Shown here in pieces: positions 10,857-22,743 of a stretch of 64,000 bases of DNA. Each line of letters opens with the position of its first letter. The first letter of the stretch is position 1. A program made the position numbers and the translations under genes. Below the pieces are notes generated by a model. That model was not told the origin of the DNA, made no database searches, and was given only the letters and a program-made list of their open reading frames with translations. The DNA is from Octopus sinensis (taxonomy: Eukaryota), in assembly GCF_006345805.1 (NCBI RefSeq), contig NW_021836298.1:3430-67429 (forward strand), written 5' to 3'.

Positions 10857-13800
10857 CCCCCTCACTCCATCCTGTAAGGAATTCCAGACGCGAGTTGATG
10901 TCCACAACTTTGTGCGCCGTGTCCGGTTGGGTGCGCATTACCACGACTCGCCACCCACACCCAACGAAGAGGACTGCTTCACTGGCCTGGGCCGCCGACC
11001 ATCCCCGTGGACGCCTGCCCCTGGCCAGATCCTAGCAGTGGATCTTTTCGCGGGCGCTTGTCAGCGTGCATTGGAGCGGTTCAACTTCTCCAGGCGCCAA
11101 CGCCGCCTCAACATCTCCCCGGCTGAGCTCTTGGCTCTTCGTTTCCTCCAACGGCGCGCTGACATTATCATCAAACCGGCTGACAAGGGTGGAGCTGTAG
11201 TGGTGTGGCGCGCGGACCTCTATAGGGCCGAGGCTTTCCGCCAACTCAATGACACCTCCTTCTATTCCCCTCTGCCCTCTAACCCCACACGTAGCTACCA
11301 ACAGACGGTATCCTCTACTGTCGGCGACCTCATCTCGTCCTCCCGTCTCCCCCGCACCGCATCCAACCTAATTGTGCGAACCCCACGTACCCCCACCATT
11401 TACTTCCTCCCCAAAATCCACAAACCCAACAACCCTGGCCGCCCCATCGTCTCCGCCTGTAACTGCCCCACGGAGCTCATCTCTAAATACCTCGACCGTG
11501 TCCTTGCCCCCCTAATGGCATCTCTTCCCTCCCACATCCACGATACCAACCATGCTCTCCGGCTTTTCAACTCTTTCTCCTTTCCTCCCGGCTCCTCCAA
11601 AATCCTTTTTACTATGGACATCCAAAGCCTCTATACTGTTATCCCTCACCACGAAGGACTGCAGGCCCTTCGACACTTTCTTGACCTCCGTTCTAACCCT
11701 GTACCTGACACCTCCACACTCATTCGTCTGGCCGAACTTGTCCTTACTCTGAACTGCTTCTCGTTCGCGGGCGAGTTCTACCATCAGTCTCGGGAGTGGC
11801 CATGGGAACGCGAATGGGCCCCAACTATGCGAACCTGTTCGTTGGCTATGTTGAGGCCCAAATATTCTCTAATTTCACTGGTCCCACTCCTGAACTATAT
11901 GGTCGTTACATTGACGACATTATCGGTGCCACCTCACTCACCCGTGAACATCTAGATTCCTTCCTCTCTTTCGTCCAATCTTTCCATCCAGCCCTCCACT
12001 TCACTTCCACTATCTCCAACACCTCTGTCTCCTTCCTCGACATTTCGGTTAGCATTCTTCACTCCACTCTTACCACCTCCATTCACTACAAACACACAGA
12101 CTCACACTCATATCTCAACTTCTCTTCCTCCCACCCAGAACACACCAAGCTTTCCATCCCCTATTCCCAATTCCTCCGTCTACGTAGGCTCTGTAGTGAC
12201 GACCATGACTTTGAGACTCAGTCTCAACGTATGGCTCACCACTTCACCCTACGTGGATACCCCCTCACCACTATCCACACCGCCCTTGCCAGAGCACGGT
12301 CCGTGGACCGTGTATCTGCTCTCTCTCCCCGAACCCGCCCTGTAGTCTCCCGCCTCCCTTTTCCCCTCACTTACCACCCCACGACCCTACGTCTCCAACG
12401 CACCATTCTTCGAGCTTTCCGTCATCTCCAGTCCGACCCGTCCACTTCACACCTCTTCCCTAACCGACCCCTCCCCTCTTTCAAACGAGCCTTCGAGACC
12501 TTCGAGACCTTTTGGTCTATAGCTCCTTCCCTGACCCTACCTCCCAACCCGGCTCGTTCCCCTGCTCCCGCCCACGTTGCCGCATTTGCTCTTACCTCTC
12601 CAACACCACCCGCCTCACTAGCACCCACCATCGACCCTATCCCATCATCCACTCCTTCACCTGCACCTCCAGCAATATTATCTATTGCGTCTCTTGCTCT
12701 CTCTGCAATTCCTTGTACATCGGACAAACGGGACGCCGCTTGGCTGACCGGTTCGCGGAACACCTTCGTGACATCCACCTTGCGAACGACACACCGGTCT
12801 CACGCCATTTCCGCTCCACCGGTCACTCCTTGCAACACCTATCTGTGTTCGGTTTGTCCTTACACAGAGGCCATCCGGATTCCCGTTTGCGCCGTGAACA
12901 GGAATTAATCTTCTCTCTTCGCTCTTATACGCCATTTGGTCTCAACTCCCCCCTCCTCATCTAACCCCCCTCTCCCCCCTCCTCACCTATCCTTCCCTCC
13001 CGACCCCTACTTCTTCAGTCCTTCATCCTTTCACCCCTACTCCCCTTCCCTTCTTCCCTCTTTCTCCCTCCCTCCTTCCCTCTTCCCCTTCCCTCTGCTC
13101 CCTCCCTCCCCTTCTCTCTCCCCCTCTCCCTCTTCCCCCTCCTCCTCCACCTTCCTTATCCCCCTCCTCTCCTCTTCCCCCTCCCCTCCCCCTCTTCTCC
13201 CCCTCCCCTTCTCCACCCTCTTCTCCCCCTCCCCCTCTTCTCCTCACTACAACACACGACTTTACACATCACATCATATATGATGTGCCATACTAATACA
13301 TACACCAACTAATACATACTAATACGTACTAATACATACTAATACATACTAATACATACACCAACCCTATACATACACACGTCCAGACCCCTCATACGCA
13401 CTTATACTCTCTCATACACACACACACACACTTATACATACTAATACGTACTAATACATACTAATACATACTAATACATACACCAACCCCATACATACGC
13501 ACTCCAGACCTATCCTACGCACTAATACTCTCTCATACACACACACACACACACACACACACCCTTATACATACTAATACATACTAATACATACACCAAC
13601 CCTATACATACACACGTCCAGACCCCTCCTACGCACTAATAGCTGGTCATTCAACCCTATTATCAACCCTATTATCTCCCCTTATTTCGCTCTCGCGTCT
13701 CATGTTTGATCTTTGACCTCTGGCCGAAATCAGATCGCCATGTTGATTCGTTAGTTACTGCACGCATTTTTTTTCTCTCCTTCTTTCTGTGTTTTTTTTC

Positions 13801-13945
13801 TCTCTGTGTATCTTTCTGTTGAAGAGCGTAGGCTCGAAACGTTAAAGACTTGTTTTATTTATATTTCCTGAGCGCCATACTAATACAATTGTTTGTTTGT
13901 TTTCCACCTGCCTTCGTCTTTTGTCTATTTTCATAAAGCTTCCCG

Positions 13946-13946
<1 letters not shown>
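10857..13946 (+). mobile_element. Penelope-like retroelement (Neptune-type), 5'-truncated: RT + GIY-YIG, C-rich 3' region, hammerhead-bearing tail
   Basis: RT motifs GRPIVS, TMDIQSLYT, GVAMGTRMGP, YGRYIDD; C-x4-C-x2-C linker; IYC..C...YIGQTGR..RFAEH GIY-YIG; two frameshifts (about 11787 and 12495); (TA)n on both sides. Confidence 0.93.
13811..13848 (+). ncRNA. Minimal type I hammerhead ribozyme, variant core CUGUUGA
   Basis: Stem I UCUUU/AAAGA, stem II GAGC-GUAG-GCUC, GAAA, palindromic ACGU stem III, GUU cleavage triplet (predicted cut after 13843). Confidence 0.75.
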
Positions 13947-13979
<33 letters not shown>

Positions 13980-14467
13980 GTGTGTGTTTGTGAGAGAGAG
14001 ACAGAAAGACAGACAAGTTTTGCTTGTCATGTATCAATTCTCCCCTATCAACCCCATCCTCCATTACCATTCCGTGATCCAGTCTCCCCTTATGACCCAA
14101 GTGATATTATGAAACAAACAATATTCCATCTCCTTTCACTCTCAAAGATGTCGTCTCACCACGGTCGAGAGGTGACCCATCTCGGTTGTTGGCCATATAA
14201 ACACATCCATCACAATGTGACGGAGAAGTGGCCTTTTTAATAGAGGAGATATTATTCTCAATTAACAATGATGCAGGATAGAAGAGATGTCTGAGCTTTA
14301 TAGTGCTGGTGCCATGGTAAATACATCCAGTCCATTCTATGAAGAATTCTGAGTGAAACTGCTCTCTATCCTACTTCTTGTACATGACATGTATCCACTG
14401 ACTTCTTGTAGACATATAACAATTCTATATTTAAGAGATGAGGAATTACGTACATTATTTACATTTG

Positions 14468-14937
14468 ACACGCATATGGCATAGTGGTTAAGAGCGCAGG
14501 CTACTAACCCCCAAGATTCCAAGTTCAATTCCAGGCAGTGACCTGAATAATAATAATAATATCGAAAATACCTTAGGAATGAGAACCCAGGTTCGAAATT
14601 TCCCCAAGACACCCGATGAAGGCCGGAGGGTATATCAGCCGAAACAACAAGATGAGGACAAATATCCGTCAGTTGTAAATAATGTAACCACTACACCATA
14701 TGCATGTGGGCATATGGCATAGTGGTTAAAAGCGGGGCCTACTAATCCCAAGATTCTGAGTTCGATTCCAGGGTGTGACCTGAATAATAATTATAATAGC
14801 ATCGAAAAATACTTAGGAATGAGAACCCAGGTTCGAAATTTCCCCCAAGACAATTGATAAAGGCTGGAGGGTATATCAGCTGAAACGTCGTGTTAACAAC
14901 AAACAAGATAAGGACATCCATCAAATGTAAATAATGT
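14468..14937 (+). mobile_element. Tandem pair of tRNA-headed SINEs, each carrying a decayed hammerhead motif
   Basis: A box TGGCATAGTGG and B box GTTCRATTCC in each copy (14468-14686, 14707-14937); hammerhead remnants at 14608-14644 and 14849-14894. Confidence 0.8.
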
Positions 14938-15609
14938 CATAACAATGTTCAACGTTGGGACACTAGAGAATGGATACAATGAAGCATGGTCCTTAGTGAG
15001 TTTTCCTGTATTTAAGTTTTGTATGTACAGTTAGGTACACACACACACACATGAAGGTAATGATTTTAAGTTTAGGTATACACCTTCTAGTATGCTGGTT
15101 AAAGCCTGTTCACCGTATTCGGCTATCTGATGTCATCAACAGTACAGATTTAAATACCATTGGATTTACTTCATGTCCGTAGATTTTTATGAAATATGAG
15201 ACAAAGAATATGGAATGAAGAGTCTCATGAATTCCATTTTCCTTTCTTCCATATTTTCTCATATCATATATATATATATACATATATATACATACATATC
15301 ATCGTCATCATTTAACATCCGTTTTCCATGCTAGCATGAGTTGGACAGTTCGACCAGGGTCTGCGAAGCCAGGACGCTGCACCAGGCACCAGTCTGATCT
15401 GGCAGAGTTTCTACAGCTGGATGCCCTTCCTAACGCCAACCACTCCGTGAGTGTAGTGGGTGCTTTTTACGTGCCACCAGCACAGGGGCCAGAGGAGACT
15501 GGTTAACGGCCACGATCGGTTGGTGCTTTTACGTGTCACCGGTACGGGTGTCTTAACTACAATTTCCATTCAATTTTCATTTGATGTTGGTGTTAATGTA
15601 CTTGACTCA

Positions 15610-15680
<71 letters not shown>

Positions 15681-16121
15681 CAGAGAGAGAAAGAAAAAGA
15701 TAAATTAAGACATGGAATCAAACACATGCTATTTAAACCATCTATACTTCCAACATATATTTCGAGAAAAGTATTGAGATTCTTCCAGAGAGAATAAAAA
15801 AATATGTAAAACAATGCAATCATCTCATCAGGGAAGGAAAGGAACAAAACACATCAATAAACCATTTTAACAGAATGTGATTACCGCGTACGTTAGTAGT
15901 ATATGATGTAAGGAGAAAGCGAGCAAGTTATTTTTTAAAAAGCCGTTAATAGATTGTCAAAAGGAATATTTCACCATTTTTCTACATTTAGACATATTGA
16001 CAAACGCAACAATACTGGGCTTCGTAAATTAATGTCGAAAATAAAGTCAAAAACGAATGAGAATGGGAAATGATCTGAATTAGAGATGATGGAGGTAGTA
16101 AATATTTTATAATTGGTTTAA

Positions 16122-16328
16122 CCCTTTCGTTACTGTATATATTTTGAGATGCTCTGTGTTTCTTTCAATTATTTTAAATATAACAAAGAATTTAGTAAAA
16201 TAACTTATCATTCAGCTAGTGTTAGGAACATAAATTGTGACTAAGGTTTGGTGGAAGATTTTAATTCAGAACTTTTGAAAACAAGACATTTGTACTACAG
16301 AGCCTGAGCTGGGTTGGTAACGAAAGGG
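16122..16328. mobile_element. piggyBac-type MITE, same family
   Basis: TTAA flanks; perfect 12-bp TIR CCCTTTCGTTAC. Confidence 0.88.
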
Positions 16329-17010
16329 TTAATTACTGGATAAACAAACTATGACTAGATTTATATGATCTGTTCTGTAATTAGAGGTATCTGTTATGAA
16401 TATTTGTGTAATATTGTTATCATTTTATATTTCATCCTTTGTAGTGCTGCACTGAGCTCAGCTTGAGCAAAGACGAAAGGTTCTCTGGCCTTGTGGTTAC
16501 CAGATATCTAGCCAGCCATTGGACCTCATTAAAAACTCAAATTTGAAAACAAAATTACAAACATTTTTACCGCCACAGTAAGTATTTCCTGGCAATGACA
16601 AGATAAACTATTTTGTATATAATAATCATGTTTATATGTGTGTTTCGTTTAAGTTCTAACAATAAATAAAACTGTTGCTAGTGTTTTGATGAAAGGTAGC
16701 ACAAAACAACAATTGTAGTTGTTGGGTGGTCAAAGAAAGAACACTGTTTCAATTACATTCACATAATGGGTTCTATTGACAGAGGTACCTCACTGGCACC
16801 CCACATTTTATGTATGTGTGTGTGTGTGTGTGCATGGACTATTTAGCTACACACAAATCTGCCAATATGTAATGGTTTAAAGAATTTCTGATGTGCTCTT
16901 GATTGTCACTGAAGTCTCTCATAATATTCTCTTCTGTAAACACGTACGCAATGTCATATTTCTTATAAATGAATGTCATTGATTAGATATGTTTGTATTT
17001 CATTGCACAG

Positions 17011-17150
17011 ATGATTGTGGTGCAGAAATAAAGCGGCCACAACAAAAGTTCATCCCTGTGGACACCTTGTGACATGTGAAGAATGTTCAAACGTTCCACT
17101 GAAACGATGTCTGAGGTGTTTAAAACCTGTAACAAGCAGAAGTCGAGTTG
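17011..17150 (+). pseudogene. RING exon *LWCRNKAATTKVHPCGHLVTCEECSNVPLKRCLRCLKPVTSRSRV
   Basis: Codon-for-codon alignment with the minus-strand RING exon places TGA (17012-17014) where the paralogue has TGT. Confidence 0.88.
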
Positions 17151-17402
17151 GTAAGAATGCTCTTTGATGATCTGTCTGTTTGTCCTGCTTGTCTCATTGC
17201 CCTTATTGTGTAGAATAAAATGTAAAATTAAATACTATCAGCAACAATGTTTAACAAAGGGATTAGGTGTATGTTTATCCTTCTTGAAGTGGTTGTGACA
17301 TTTGTTTGTTATTGGATCTTTGATGTATAACTTGTCTGACATTGGAATTAAGCAGATTGTTAGTGAAGATTAGTCTTGAGAACAATGCCATGTAATAGAT
17401 TT

Positions 17403-17735
17403 GGCATACGGAAAGAGAGCGACCCCTTCAGTCATGACTGTCCATGAGATTGAACCTAGAAAGTTACTCTCCCAGACACAAGTCCGGACAAAGTTGATTC
17501 TGGAAGACCAGCAGTCGCCCAGGCTTCGCCTCTCCACGCCACCAGCGTTATCCATGGGGAGAGCAAAGGGGCCGATACAGCTTGGCCCTAGCTTTTGTTA
17601 CAGCTGAGTGAACTGGAGCAACGTGAAATAAAGTATCTTGCTCAAGAACACAACACGCAGCCCGGTCCGGGATTCGAACTCACAACCTCGCGATATTAAG
17701 CTCAACGCTCTAACCACTGAGCCATGCGCCTTCAC
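17403..17735 (-). mobile_element. tRNA-derived SINE family D
   Basis: TGGCTCAGTGG A box, GTTCGAATCCC B box, CTTGAGCAAGATACTTTA core-like segment; near-direct repeat atttggca on both sides. Confidence 0.8.
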
Positions 17736-18242
17736 ATGATTTGGCACAGATATAAGCAAAGTAAACAAAACTTAGAGAGAAACTGTAATTAAGTGATAAT
17801 TAAGTGATATAATTGCAACATTGTTAGATTATGTAAGATGTCTTAATAGAGGACATTTACGAAGATCAATCAAATGTTTGTTTTGGATCTAAATATTGTT
17901 GAATCCTTTAGTGTTCAGATTACTCTGTTAAATGTAATATTTTTTTTATTCAAATTGTTTTGAATTAATCATGCATTATCTTATATCTTTGAGGTTTCAA
18001 TGGTGCGATTGTTTATTTTTAGAATGTCAATTTAGGTTTGGTATGAGAGGCTTAATATTGCCAGTTTGGATATAAAACATATAGAATATTTGAGCCGGAT
18101 ATAGCCGGTTTAAACACTAAATGGTGAAAGTATAAAATTATTGTCCAAAGCCATTGTGATTGCTGGTTGACCATTCATGTTAGGAATGTCTCTCAATAAT
18201 AAAATTTAGATTGTTAATAAAGATAAAGACTTTTACTATAAC

Positions 18243-18621
18243 ACTAGCAGTATCGCCCGGCGTTGCGCGGGTTTGTTTCGACCCTTTAGAACTGGAATTT
18301 TTGAAAAGTACAATTTTGGAATTATATAGCTTGTTATTCTCTTTAAGTGAACATTTTTCTGGTTGAAATACACCGAAAAATGGCGACATATCAGTAAAAA
18401 AATCGTAAAAAATAGGGATTTTCATAGAAAAAAGCACCTTTTTGATGTAAATAATTTTTGGTGTTAACATGGTCCGATTCTGGTACGGAAGGGAAGAGCA
18501 AGCCTTCTTCTATCATACTCTCAATTTTGGTCAGCTTGCACCACAGGATCTCAGAGGAGATAATTTTAGTTGAAGGCTACCAAACCTGCCATACACAGAC
18601 AACTTCAGCTTTATATATAGA
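18243..18621 (-). mobile_element. Non-autonomous Helitron, 47 bp upstream of the last-exon acceptor
   Basis: Reverse complement reads TCTATATATA...CCCGcgcaacgcCGGG-gatactgCTAGt. Confidence 0.8.
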
Positions 18622-18668
18622 AATATTGTTAATACTGTTGCTGTTATTTCTTATTGTATCTTTTGCAG

Positions 18669-18874
18669 GTATTTTTTTAGGAATTCCAGCAATTGACCAG
18701 GATATTATCAAGAACGTTTTCCCTTGTGACACAGTAAAACAGAGTTATCAAATGCTTTGTGAGTGGTTTATAAATTGTAAACCAGAGGAACGTACAGTTG
18801 AGACCCTCAGAAGAGGCCTTAAAGATGCTGAGTGCTTTTCTGCCCTTGAGTATCTCTCATTATATGAACGGTGA
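18669..18874 (+). pseudogene. Terminal death-domain exon of the plus-strand copy (still open)
   Basis: ttttgcag acceptor; GIFLGIPAIDQDIIKNVFPCDTVKQSYQMLCEWF...LEYLSLYER*. Confidence 0.85.
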
Positions 18875-20720
18875 ATTTCTGTGTAAATTCTGCTGTTGTT
18901 TACTCCCAGGTGAATGCTGACCAAAGAGAGAGACCTTTGACCAAAGTATAGAGAACCAAGAACCACATTCTCCAATGTGTCCTCCTTTACAATGATGAGG
19001 TGTGGAGTGCAGAGGAATTAGCTACTAATTCTAGCAGATCTATCTCTCACATAAGAGATACCCTTCACTGGTTTGGTTCCTTTGTTAGAAATTAGCTTTT
19101 GAAATAAAGATAAACTTTGAAATATCCGTTCGTTGTTGTTGCCATACTTAATTGCCTCCTTAAACGCTTCCATTGTTATATCGGCAGATTTAACATCCTC
19201 CCATATGTTGATAGTTATCTACCTTCATTTGTAGCTGAGAGTAGAATGCTTGGTACTTAAGGTTATCCGGAAAGTTCATGTCGATTATTTAAGGAAATTA
19301 GAAGAGAAAACAATATTATGTGATTGAATATTTATTCAACTAAATATGAACCATTTTGTTGCACAACCTTTCTCCTTTCTCCATTTTTCCTTCAACATAA
19401 AGATTCCAGCATCCCAGAATTGGCTCCTATGCCAGCTTCCAAATCCTGTTTTATGATTAGGTAATATTTGTTAAACTTTAAACCTCACTAACCTTTTTCT
19501 GCAACTTTTCTGCAACAAACAAATAACGAAGTTATTTCAAGTTACTAAATTTGGAAATATTGACCTAGTTATACTCTCCCAAAATATGTGACAGTAACAG
19601 GGATGTCCCTACAAAATTAGAGAGACAGACAGTTATAGGACGTGTCACACACACACACACACGTTTAAATACGTACACACAGGGAATCACGAGTTTAAAA
19701 TGTTGTATAATAGACATATGCATGTACCCTGTATGTATATACTCTTATGTATGCGTGTGTCTATGTGTGAGTGTTTCTTTGCCGATAAACATCAGAAAAG
19801 CCCCTTACTCTGTCTCTCATGAAAGCTACGTATTCATAAAATACACACTTCTCTGTGTATGTGTGTGTTGTATCAATGTATTTACAAAAGTATGTATGCA
19901 GCGTCGCGTGTATACGACAGCTATATTAACATTAAAATCCCATTCTTGCTGATGTTCTCGCCTTCACTGATTGAAGTCTCCCTCTCTCTTTGATACTCTC
20001 TTTCCGTCAAATTAATACGTTTTGCAACTTTATCATTTTAAAATTTTATTTGTTCCAATGCCCCTGGGTTGCACGTTATAGATTTTTATAGGAATCCAAT
20101 TAGCTTATCACTTAACTGAATGTTAGTGTAACATGAACGGAAAGTTTCGTGAATATTGGTTCATTGGTTTAAACATTAAGATGGTAAAAGTCAGACAAAA
20201 ATTGTCATTGATTTATGTGTGTGTGTGTATGCGGGTGTGTATCAGTGGCTGATTCCGTGAATGATAAAAGTGAAAATTATAAATCATTGGGGTAACTATT
20301 CGCAATTTACAACGAAAAAGCAAAAATATTGCTAGAAATACGAGCCAAATCAACTCTTAGCCAGGAGCCACTGGTTGCTTTGGTATTTCTTATAAACAGA
20401 CAAGGCCAGTTGAGTTTTAACCTTTGGCAACCACATGGAATGCATCACACATCCGAAATCATCGATGATCCGGCTCTGTCTTGCTTGCGCTATGGAGCTT
20501 GTATCCCTTGCTTACTGATGGCTAAGAGCCATTCTGACTCTTATTTCTAGCAATGTTGCTGCTGCTTACTAGCAACATTAGTCACTTCATATTATATATA
20601 TATATATATGTGTGTATGTATGTATATATGTATATATATGTGTGTGTGTATATATATATATATATGTGTATATGTATATGTATATATATATATATATGTA
20701 TATATATATGTGTATATATA

Positions 20721-20759
<39 letters not shown>

Positions 20760-20809
20760 ATTTAGACGACTGACCACTAAAAGTGGATAGCCTATATGCT
20801 AAACATAGA

Positions 20810-21059
20810 CGTCAAATCGCCATTTACCACGAAGACTGTGTTCTCAAGAGAAATCTCAGCAAAAAGCCCAAGTGTAAACATAAGCGAAGACACATGAAAA
20901 TATCCGAAATGAAAAACGATTCCCTATCTACCAATTGGTTTCACTTGTTAATATTTACGTATTTCGAATATTTTCACGTGTCTCTGCTTATTTTTACACT
21001 TTGGATTTTTGCTGAGATTTTTCTTGAGAACCCATTCTTCGTGAAAAACGGGATGGACG
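20810..21059. repeat. Imperfect ~100-bp inverted repeat with a 50-bp loop (MITE-like)
   Basis: 20810-20910 pairs with 20961-21059. Confidence 0.85.
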
Positions 21060-21449
21060 CTTCGATTTTGTTTTGGTGCCTCGCTCTGTTGTACAGGACT
21101 ATGAGGATTTGCATCCCCAACGTAATTCGTCTCTTTCCCAAACTAATGTAATACATGTCCTTGGAGTAGTAATTGTACGCGGCTGAAGAAGGCTATTGAC
21201 ATACAAATTACATCAATTATGCATTGATATAACCGTCTAATAAAAGCGGTTGGTGTTTACATAGGAAGCACACTGTCAGAGTTGGTTTGGAACCAACTTT
21301 AAGTTTTTAGTCCAACATATCAACCCAAGTAATATCTAAGCCCGACACTCATTCTATCGGTACAATTTGCCGCATCGCTAAGTGAGAGGGATGTTCACTG
21401 CGCTTGTCAAGCGTCGCTGGGACAATTAATGTATGTATCTATATATGTG

Positions 21450-21554
<105 letters not shown>

Positions 21555-21729
21555 ATGTATGTATGTACGTATATATATGTATATATATATATGTATCTAT
21601 GTATATATATATATATATATATACATATACGTACATACATACATACATACATATACACACACACAAACACCCACACACAATCTCTCTCACGGATGCACGT
21701 ACAAACACATATTCATTTACCTGCATTTA

Positions 21730-21773
<44 letters not shown>

Positions 21774-22296
21774 ATGGACACATACACATAACTGTGATGG
21801 TAGTCGTTCACATTTTCCGTTGTGAGGTTTTGGGTGACTTCTTGCTTAAGAGACTTTCTGTCCTCGCCTGCTGCATTTTAATTGACAATAGAGATGTTTG
21901 ATCTCCGAGTCGCTGGACATTGGGGGAAAACGGTTCTCCAGCGAAACGCAGCAGAACTGAAAAAGCATCGATATTGTAAAATTCAAATGAAGTAGCCAGA
22001 CGGGTGTATTTACACACAGACACACACACACACACACACACATGTTTATTTGTATGCATTTATATGTTTGTGGTGGTCGCGGTTGGTGTTTCAGTGTGTG
22101 ATGGACACATTCATACACCTGTGATGGTAGTCGTTGACAATCTTGTTTGAGCAGTTGTTTTGCATAAGAGACATCTTGTTCTCACCTGCGGTCTCTAACC
22201 TGACAATGGATCCGATTGATGTCAATGGCCCTTTGTTGTTCTACTTTTCACCTCTCAGGTGATTCTATCAAATGGATATGATCTGCATAATGCCGA

Positions 22297-22743
22297 TTGC
22301 ATAATGCCAAATCCGCATTATGCAGTTCATATCCATTTGACAGAATCACCTGTCAAAGTAATTGTGCAGTATGTTCGACAAACCCACATGTGAACTGCAA
22401 AACCAAAGGCACCGTATACCAAATTGAGTGCCAAGAAGGAGCTTGCAAGACTAACCCAGAGTCATACATAGGTGAGACTTCTAGAAGTATCAATGATAGG
22501 TTCAAAGAACACCTGGACAACTACATTGAAAGGAAGCCAAACTCCATCTTCTACCAACATGCTGTGGACTGCCACAGGGGATCCTCAGGGAAACTTAAGT
22601 TAAACATCCTATCAACACATCCCACCGATGCAATGTTGAGACAGGTCACAGAAGCTGTTTGTATACAAGAATACAAACCTACTCTCAACCGAAAATCCGA
22701 ATGGAGTAACATCCAGATCCCATTCAGGCGGACTATTCTATAA
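22297..22743 (+). mobile_element. 3' fragment of a second Penelope-like family: C-terminal GIY-YIG endonuclease
   Basis: C..C...C...VYQIEC...YIGETSR..RFKEH...H...H...LRQVTEA.I..KP.LN.K.EW motif, followed by a stop. Confidence 0.82.

Larger units (their letters stand above)
5263..19108 (+). pseudogene. Disabled paralogue of the ANK-RING-DD gene
   Basis: Exons 5263-5341, 7265-7407, 9093-9129, 10653-10825, 16445-16577, 17011-17150, 18669-18874; AATAAA 19103-19108. Lesions: frameshift at the A7 run in exon 1, AG>GG acceptor at 7263, 35-nt and 2-nt deletions plus GT>AT donor in exon 4, 43-nt deletion in exon 5, TGA at RING Cys1, first DD exon absent. Confidence 0.88.

Noticed and set aside
17012-17014. 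TGA at the first RING cysteine as a possible selenocysteine or read-through codon
   Set aside because: Upstream exons already carry frameshifts and dead splice sites, and no SECIS was recognised in the 3'UTR; a nonsense mutation is simpler.
21183-21205. CTGAAGAAGGC motif (also CTGATGA at ~15825 minus, 31877, 34120, 42635 minus, 50026)
   Set aside because: None is followed by a closing stem II and GAAA.
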